This document shows, one piece after another, positions 57,870-64,000 of a stretch of 64,000 bases of DNA. The DNA comes from a virus. The notes below the pieces were generated by a model. The model was not told the DNA's origin. It searched no databases and was given only the letters and a program-made list of their open reading frames with translations. Numbering within the stretch: position 1 is the first letter of the stretch; every line of letters begins with the position of its first letter. The stretch is from positions 1 through 64,000 of the IMG/VR virus record IMGVR_UViG_3300035698_004821; one strand, 5' to 3'. A program made the translations under genes and the position numbers.

Positions 57870-60800
57870 TGGTAACATACGTCTACTCACTAAGTCCTAG
57901 CGGACCAACGTCTAGCATCCAACAAGTGATGAATAACATCACTGCCGAGCTGTCTACTGACCCAGTTATATCTAGGGACATTGAGGTCTTACTAGGCAGG
58001 GGTAACTATGCTGGGTTTACGATACCTACTGGAGCCCTGCTCCCACTGTTTGGTACCCCCTACCGCCTCAACATAAAGGCGGCCGGTGATTTCTTCCCCA
58101 TAGTTGACTTTAACTACTCAGACCCTTCTCAGGTTGTTGGCATAGATATAGGCTCTGGTAATCCTAATGTGACGATCAAGGGACTCAGAGCTCAGTACTT
58201 TGCTATTGGTATACGGGCTGGACTAAACAGTCACTTCCCTCTTGTACGTAACTGCATAGCAAACAACAACCGTAACGTTGGTATCATGTTCGAGCAGTCG
58301 GCAGAGGCACAAGCACTACAGAACGTTGTCATCAATGGTGACTACGGTATCGTGTCCCGTCTGTGTAAGTCCTCAGCTATAATACATAACACTATATTCC
58401 AGAACGGTGCCATTAGCACGCAGGTAGGAAAGTCTAAGTCCTGCATCTGGGCTGAGTCTGCTAACGACTACGGAGGTGGCCTTAATGACACTGGCGTAAT
58501 ACACCTAGTAGGTAACGTGGCATGGAACACATCAGGCAGGTGCTTGACGCTGTTCTCTAACAACGTTGACCAGCCTGGTGCCATAGTATCGAATTACAAC
58601 GACTGGGTCGTAGGCGATCCAGATGACTTCATAGCTGTAGAGGACAACGCCTTTTTCTTCGGCCCTGAAGCTGAACCTAGACAGGTGTTCACCAACCTAA
58701 CGGCATGGAAGTCAATAGGTTTCGACGCTAACTCTATAAGCCAAGACCCTAAGTTCATAGCACCCATTAAGATCAGAGCAAATAGAAACGGCTTTGCTAT
58801 TGACCTCAATCTATTGCCTGTCTCCCCTGTCCTAGGGATGGTTCCTAGTTTTGCCTTCAACTCAGTAGCAGCTCAGGAATGGATACCAAGCTACACGGAC
58901 ACATCACATATAGCCACAGACATACTTAGAAGTAACCGTAACCAATCTGGTACAGCTGCTGGATCTAATGAGAAGGTATCCTCGTCTGGTTTCTTTGGCC
59001 AGGACGTATTTAGTAACCCACTGGACCTTGGCCTAGCCAAGCAGTGTGGCGTTGACCCCTTCTCTAACGTACTCTTCAAGAGTCTAGACCTATGGTACCC
59101 CAAGCTGAAACGTGGCTACTTCTACTCTAACGATAGAGAGTTCTACCTATACTCAAGAAAAGAAACGATGACCATAGGTGAACTGTCGGCGACTACACTG
59201 TACCTACCTGCGGCTATTGTGCACAACAAACCAATAGAGGTGAGGGTAGCCGGAGGCGTCGTGGCTGCAGAGTACTATGACTTGATCAAAGATCAACTTG
59301 TTATATACCATAAGAACCTACCTATATTCACAGGTAACGAAGAAGTGGAGATCAGCGGATCAATAGCCAACTGGAATGGGGACAGCTTTGTCCATAACAC
59401 CGTACTCTATAGGCTTAAGATAAATGAGGGCCACACTAGGTACCTCCTTCCGGAATACTATGTCAATGTGGGTCCAGTCGTCATTACGGATGATATGTCC
59501 TACCCAACGGATAGTGATGCTGTATCTAATAGAGAGTTTGCACTCTCTTTCGACCCTGACTCTAATACGTCAGAGATTATCCTAGCTAACAATACAAACA
59601 AGGTATTGAACTCTCAGTTCGATTACCTTACTACAGGTAGTCTCCCAACCTTTTGGGATTCTAGTCTCTGCACTATACATGACGGGGAAAAGCCTCACTT
59701 CACAGTTGCGGGTAGCAAAGTAGCGCACATAGCTGATCAAGGATACCTAAAGACATCGCTGCAGGTTAATACAGGTGACAGCCACAACCTTTCATTCCAT
59801 GCACGAAGTGATGGTAAGGGTGATATCTCCTGGGAGATAGAGTACTACGACGCCTCGCACAACGTCCTCGGTGTCGTCGAGACAGGTTCAATAGCTGCTA
59901 CTGAGTCATGGCACAGGTACGTTATTGGCTTCAATACTACAGACCAAGACTTCGGTATAACTGTCCCTCAAAAACCCCACGCCTGTACATGGCTAACGGG
60001 TTACACACCACCTACTAGGTCTTACCTCATGACTGTTAAGCTCAAGCACAACTATAGCCCAGCATTCACAGGTGACCTAAAACTTGATGCCATACAGTAT
60101 GAGAGCACAGACAATGCAACACTATACCACCGTAAGACCTTCTTCAGTGAGATGACTGTGGAGTATGAGGTTGGAGAGGACGAACACTTCATTGATACCA
60201 AGTTGTCTATGTCTCCCGTAACAAACCTAATGACAGATGGTTTCCTCTATATCCCTGAGGTCCCAGCGGCTATGTACAACGGCCCGTACACACCTACTGT
60301 CACTACACTACATGAGTGGCGCTGGCCACTCGGTCGCAAGAACGTAATGCCTTGGGCTAGGAGCAAGGGAAAGGACAAGCTAAGGAAGAGGCCATTAGGC
60401 CTATTCAACCTTGTCCCAGAGGATAAGCCCGAGATAGTTTCTCCAGTTAGTAACTACCCAACAGCCGGCAAACTGTATGTAATACCATCTATCCCATCCA
60501 CATTCGTGGGGGACAAGAATGGAGTAGGCTTCAGTATCCGAGTGAGGGACACAGACAATAACCCGTTTGCTATAGCGGGCGTACACGTCACCCTATCGGA
60601 CTATAACCTAAGGTACCCTGGCACATTATCTAAGAGGCTTTACGGCCTCAAGCAACAGCTAGGGGCTTCCATAAACACCCAGACAGATAACTCTGGAGTG
60701 GTGTCCTTAACCTGGATACCACCCGATAGGAATGCAGGCATATACAGGGGACCTCTCCCTACCCCTAGTCTAACATCTACTATTGGGGATCGCATCTCCG

Positions 60801-61351
60801 TCATCAAGACGGAGTATCCTGTTTCTCTTGAGTCATATGGTAATGTAACTATACTAGACAACCAGGGAAGCCAAGTAAAGACGTACGCGTCATCGGCTAC
60901 TATTGAGATACATGAGCCTGCTCTGGGGGAGAACTCCTCACAGGTCAAGCTTAAGTACCCAGCCAAGGTAAGTTCAGTTAGTGTTATCGTAGATGGCATG
61001 AGGTATACTGAGAACGAGATAAACATACTAAGCACTCATCAGTTCTTTGTAGACTATGACAACGCCTTAGTAACTGTGAAGGGTAGAGCCCCATCCGTCA
61101 AAGTAGAGTACATTGCCAGCTACGTATTCGTTAGTCAGGTAGACCCCTACAAGATAATGCTGTACCATGACAAGCTATTCCCCGGCTACACCAACAGCAT
61201 AGTACTAGGCTATGACTTCTCAATTAGCTTAAACGTAACCGTGGCTGATCCTGGCACACTTGGCACTCTACAGAAGAGCTTCCTACTGACAGCTCAGAAC
61301 TCACTAGGCCAAAAAACGAACACCTATAGCCCCTTATCACTTGAATTCTAA
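57869..61351 (+). CDS. 1160-aa virion protein with right-handed beta-helix, CBM-like and Ig-like domains
   Basis: VRNCIANNN..GI, IIHNTIFQNG, SNYNDW and SISQDPKF...L..SP mark a beta-helix. NKVLNSQFD...DAIQYE is CBM-like. Confidence 0.6.
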   Translation: MVTYVYSLSPSGPTSSIQQVMNNITAELSTDPVISRDIEVLLGRGNYAGFTIPTGALLPLFGTPYRLNIKAAGDFFPIVDFNYSDPSQVVGIDIGSGNPNVTIKGLRAQYFAIGIRAGLNSHFPLVRNCIANNNRNVGIMFEQSAEAQALQNVVINGDYGIVSRLCKSSAIIHNTIFQNGAISTQVGKSKSCIWAESANDYGGGLNDTGVIHLVGNVAWNTSGRCLTLFSNNVDQPGAIVSNYNDWVVGDPDDFIAVEDNAFFFGPEAEPRQVFTNLTAWKSIGFDANSISQDPKFIAPIKIRANRNGFAIDLNLLPVSPVLGMVPSFAFNSVAAQEWIPSYTDTSHIATDILRSNRNQSGTAAGSNEKVSSSGFFGQDVFSNPLDLGLAKQCGVDPFSNVLFKSLDLWYPKLKRGYFYSNDREFYLYSRKETMTIGELSATTLYLPAAIVHNKPIEVRVAGGVVAAEYYDLIKDQLVIYHKNLPIFTGNEEVEISGSIANWNGDSFVHNTVLYRLKINEGHTRYLLPEYYVNVGPVVITDDMSYPTDSDAVSNREFALSFDPDSNTSEIILANNTNKVLNSQFDYLTTGSLPTFWDSSLCTIHDGEKPHFTVAGSKVAHIADQGYLKTSLQVNTGDSHNLSFHARSDGKGDISWEIEYYDASHNVLGVVETGSIAATESWHRYVIGFNTTDQDFGITVPQKPHACTWLTGYTPPTRSYLMTVKLKHNYSPAFTGDLKLDAIQYESTDNATLYHRKTFFSEMTVEYEVGEDEHFIDTKLSMSPVTNLMTDGFLYIPEVPAAMYNGPYTPTVTTLHEWRWPLGRKNVMPWARSKGKDKLRKRPLGLFNLVPEDKPEIVSPVSNYPTAGKLYVIPSIPSTFVGDKNGVGFSIRVRDTDNNPFAIAGVHVTLSDYNLRYPGTLSKRLYGLKQQLGASINTQTDNSGVVSLTWIPPDRNAGIYRGPLPTPSLTSTIGDRISVIKTEYPVSLESYGNVTILDNQGSQVKTYASSATIEIHEPALGENSSQVKLKYPAKVSSVSVIVDGMRYTENEINILSTHQFFVDYDNALVTVKGRAPSVKVEYIASYVFVSQVDPYKIMLYHDKLFPGYTNSIVLGYDFSISLNVTVADPGTLGTLQKSFLLTAQNSLGQKTNTYSPLSLEF

Positions 61352-63615
61352 TGTCTAACTGCATAAACATAAACGGTCTAGAGATCCTCCCTCAGGAGGA
61401 TACGTTACTTGTACACTACAGTGTGACGTGTACTGGTACATGGTATTTGGCGCAGCTATCTACAGCGTACCGTAATGTCTGCGACACTGAGTGGACTGTG
61501 ATGTACCCTAACCATCAGCATCCCCGCCACACAGACTTCCCCATCGTTGTTACTCAACCTCCGTACCCTGCAACATTCGCGTGGAACTATGGGGGCATAC
61601 AAGGTATATTAGCAGAGAGCTTTGATGAACAACACTCGTACCTAGTTCAGCTGACCATATTTAACTACGATTGTTTTAACACAGGACAAGTAAACACAGG
61701 AGAACCGCCTGGTAGTGGCGGAACCACCGGTGAACCTACGGGGCAGACTACTGGTCAACCTGGTACTGGAGGAGGAGGCCCTAGTGGACCTAGTGGACCT
61801 GGGCCAGGTATTCCATCAGGACCAGCGCCGGGACAACCAAGTGGCCCCTCTAATCCTGGTGGTGGCGCCCCTGGAGCCCCAGCTCCAGGAGGAACAAACC
61901 CTGGAAGACCTACTACAGGAGGACCAGGAAGACCAACAACCGGAGGCAACCCTAAAGTGCCTGGGGCTCCGCCACCCGTAAGAAGACCAGGAGGACCAAC
62001 AACCGGAGGCAACCCTAAAGTGCCTGGTGCTTTGCCACCTGGAACAGGTGGCGGCCTTCCTGGTACTTCTGGAGAGCCTACTGGTACTAAACCTATCGTA
62101 CCTCCTCCCCTAGTTAATGAGCGAATCCCATGGGTGTACTATACACCACACCCTGACCCTACAACACCTGTAGACCCAGGTCTGCTTGGAATTCAAATAG
62201 AAAATACAACACCTGTAACTAACAATACTAGCTATAACACGAATGTGGCACTAACATTTAACAGACCTAGTAATGCTGAACCAGGTGAAACACTGAACCC
62301 CAATATTAACTTTGTCTCAATATCCACATCACCTGCTATACCTGGCGAGCCTAACAACAACATAGGTACACCTCAGCTGACGTCTAATGTAAACTTTAAC
62401 CAGGTCAACGCCTCCAGCGAAGGCAGTATACCTGGGTCCCTATCATCCAGACTCATTGGGGACAGGGTTGTTGGTAAAGCGACAGTGAATCAGATTAATA
62501 CGTCCAGCCTGGAGACATCCGCATTCATGGATGTCCTGGTAGCTAGTGAGGTCGTGACTATAGGTGAGCCAATAGTTATCTCTTGTGTCTTCGCACCGCC
62601 TACGGCTATGCAAGCCAGAGCAACCATTACTGTGCAGGATGGCAACCACAACGTGACTGTGGGGAGTACGTCTCTGCTTGAGGTGTCCACAACACTGCCA
62701 CTCACATGTGGTACCTCCACCCTCTCATCCCTGTACAACTTAGGTGAGCTAGTAGTCACTTGCATCATACGTGACATGAATGACATGGTCATTGGTATCA
62801 AGTCTATCTTAGTCTCCAACATAGAGGGGGTTAACAATGGTGTGTACCAAAGCTCTAAGGTAACTATCTCTGAGGCTATACCTTCTACCATATGTAATCA
62901 TGGGGGTATGTCCAATGAACCTGTTACTCTAGACCTATCTAATAACAGGACTAAGTACGTTCTACTAACTGCAGAGACATCTGCTTCCAACTTCTCATCT
63001 GTATTACAGACGGATGGAGCTGAACAAACACCATACTCCATGTCTGTGTTCGTTCCCTCTGGAGGAGGGGGGTTCGAGGAGATCTTCTTAACTTACGATG
63101 AGGAAGAGGAGACTCTTAATGTACCTAAACTTAGTGGTGAATTTAGCTTCATATCTTCTCAAAGTGTTTTCTCTAGTTCCTCTAGGTACACTATTAATGA
63201 GGCAGAAGTCTACCCACACACACATACAGTGGGTATTGCTAATGCAACTATACCCTCAGCAACTAATGTGGCTGTCAAACTATCTGCTACGTCTACGAGT
63301 ACGGCAGAATATGGTAAGCTGTACATCTCATCTGAGTTTTCCCTGAGAACAGCAAGTGGGGCTGCAACTGCCACTACTGTCACGGCCTACTTGCCTTACG
63401 GATCTGAGACCTATGGTCTCATACTTCACGGCAAGGCGTCTGGCCAAGTACCACCCACGTATACACCTAACTTGACGATGACTAGTAATGATGGCATTGG
63501 AGTGTGGAGCGGAGTAGCGCTAGCAGACGGTGACTACTACTCAGTTGTTTCCAGCATTAACAACGTCGTAAACCCATTCAAGTTACCTGTGCTCACAAGC
63601 ATCTACACACCATGA
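61351..63615 (+). CDS. 754-aa virion protein with Gly/Pro/Thr low-complexity region
   Basis: GPSGPSGPG / PTTGG repeats at about aa 115-255, flanked by beta-rich domains. Confidence 0.65.
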   Translation: MSNCININGLEILPQEDTLLVHYSVTCTGTWYLAQLSTAYRNVCDTEWTVMYPNHQHPRHTDFPIVVTQPPYPATFAWNYGGIQGILAESFDEQHSYLVQLTIFNYDCFNTGQVNTGEPPGSGGTTGEPTGQTTGQPGTGGGGPSGPSGPGPGIPSGPAPGQPSGPSNPGGGAPGAPAPGGTNPGRPTTGGPGRPTTGGNPKVPGAPPPVRRPGGPTTGGNPKVPGALPPGTGGGLPGTSGEPTGTKPIVPPPLVNERIPWVYYTPHPDPTTPVDPGLLGIQIENTTPVTNNTSYNTNVALTFNRPSNAEPGETLNPNINFVSISTSPAIPGEPNNNIGTPQLTSNVNFNQVNASSEGSIPGSLSSRLIGDRVVGKATVNQINTSSLETSAFMDVLVASEVVTIGEPIVISCVFAPPTAMQARATITVQDGNHNVTVGSTSLLEVSTTLPLTCGTSTLSSLYNLGELVVTCIIRDMNDMVIGIKSILVSNIEGVNNGVYQSSKVTISEAIPSTICNHGGMSNEPVTLDLSNNRTKYVLLTAETSASNFSSVLQTDGAEQTPYSMSVFVPSGGGGFEEIFLTYDEEEETLNVPKLSGEFSFISSQSVFSSSSRYTINEAEVYPHTHTVGIANATIPSATNVAVKLSATSTSTAEYGKLYISSEFSLRTASGAATATTVTAYLPYGSETYGLILHGKASGQVPPTYTPNLTMTSNDGIGVWSGVALADGDYYSVVSSINNVVNPFKLPVLTSIYTP
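61931..62027 (+). repeat. 34-bp exact direct repeat with 63-bp period (PTTGGNPKVPG x2)
   Basis: GACCAACAACCGGAGGCAACCCTAAAGTGCCTGG at 61931 and 61994. Confidence 0.9.
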
Positions 63616-64000
63616 CAAAAATAAGAGACGAGAACTTCTCAGATCCTTCTGAAATAAACATGCATCCGTGTGTGACATCAGACCGGTGGCTTAATGCCGT
63701 GCCGGAAACTGTTGTTATAAACCAAGTGTGTCAGGACGTTTACAACACCTCTCTAGTAATTTTTAATATCTCACTAGTTGGTGCCTTCCTCTTCTCGCCC
63801 ACTCTGAAGATTACGGCTGTAGACGGAGACGTGTCTTACTCCACTAATAGCGTCTCAGCTCCCTTCGCCCAAGGACACTACAAGAACCCAGAGATACCCA
63901 TCAACACAAACTGCGCTACGTGGCACGGTCAGTTAGTCTTTGATGTTGGTTCTGTAATAGCTGAGTACTTGAGTGCAGCCACTATAGAGTTCGTACTAGA
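63612..64000 (+). CDS. Hypothetical protein, 3'-truncated by the window edge
   Basis: ATGA overlap with the previous stop. Frame MTKIRDENFSDPSEINMHPCV... is open to the window end and is absent from the ORF track. Confidence 0.7.
   Translation, partial: MTKIRDENFSDPSEINMHPCVTSDRWLNAVPETVVINQVCQDVYNTSLVIFNISLVGAFLFSPTLKITAVDGDVSYSTNSVSAPFAQGHYKNPEIPINTNCATWHGQLVFDVGSVIAEYLSAATIEFVL

Noticed and set aside
61690-62110. Collagen domain or CRISPR array
   Set aside because: The Gly-X-Y register holds for only a few triplets. The DNA repeat has two copies and is in frame in a coding region.
92-63346. Many minus-strand and alternative-frame ORFs of 60-250 aa in the track
   Set aside because: All overlap long, coupled + strand genes and read as antisense or frame shadows with no recognisable motifs.
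1-64000. Stop-codon reassignment
   Set aside because: Standard-code ORFs tile the strand, and TAA, TAG and TGA all end genes at coupled junctions.
32768-64000. Diversity-generating retroelement target or invertible fibre cassette
   Set aside because: No reverse transcriptase, recombinase, adenine-variant repeat pair or inverted gene segment was seen in this window.

Overview
The window is the virion-morphogenesis module of a large contractile-tailed (myovirus-type) dsDNA phage. All credible genes are on the + strand, in standard genetic code and very tightly packed. Order: intein-containing large terminase (5' end outside the window), a 639-aa unknown, portal, prohead protease with a probable nested scaffold, decoration protein, major capsid protein, a 1446-aa lyase-like protein between two terminators, a structured intergenic element, neck genes, sheath, three tube paralogues, two chaperones, two giant tape-measure-locus proteins, a two-domain depolymerase, baseplate hub, gp25-like and J-like wedge genes, and a run of large baseplate/fibre proteins. 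The strongest unexpected signal is the 1506-aa protein in the tape-measure locus (28246..32766). It carries, in the correct order, motifs that align by eye to both double-psi beta-barrels of two-barrel polymerases (GKEGIF...ARTRLTP...HP-x8-DTDRD-x4-VPL). It has unusual active-site substitutions and a C-terminal glycine-rich membrane-like helix, so it is a candidate virion-packaged single-chain polymerase. Other notable items are a structured RNA-like element overlapped end to end by a 57-codon ORF, a 42-kb chain of translationally coupled genes, an internally deleted intein endonuclease and about five glycan-degrading-like domains. All family calls come from motif recognition and synteny by eye; no searches were run.
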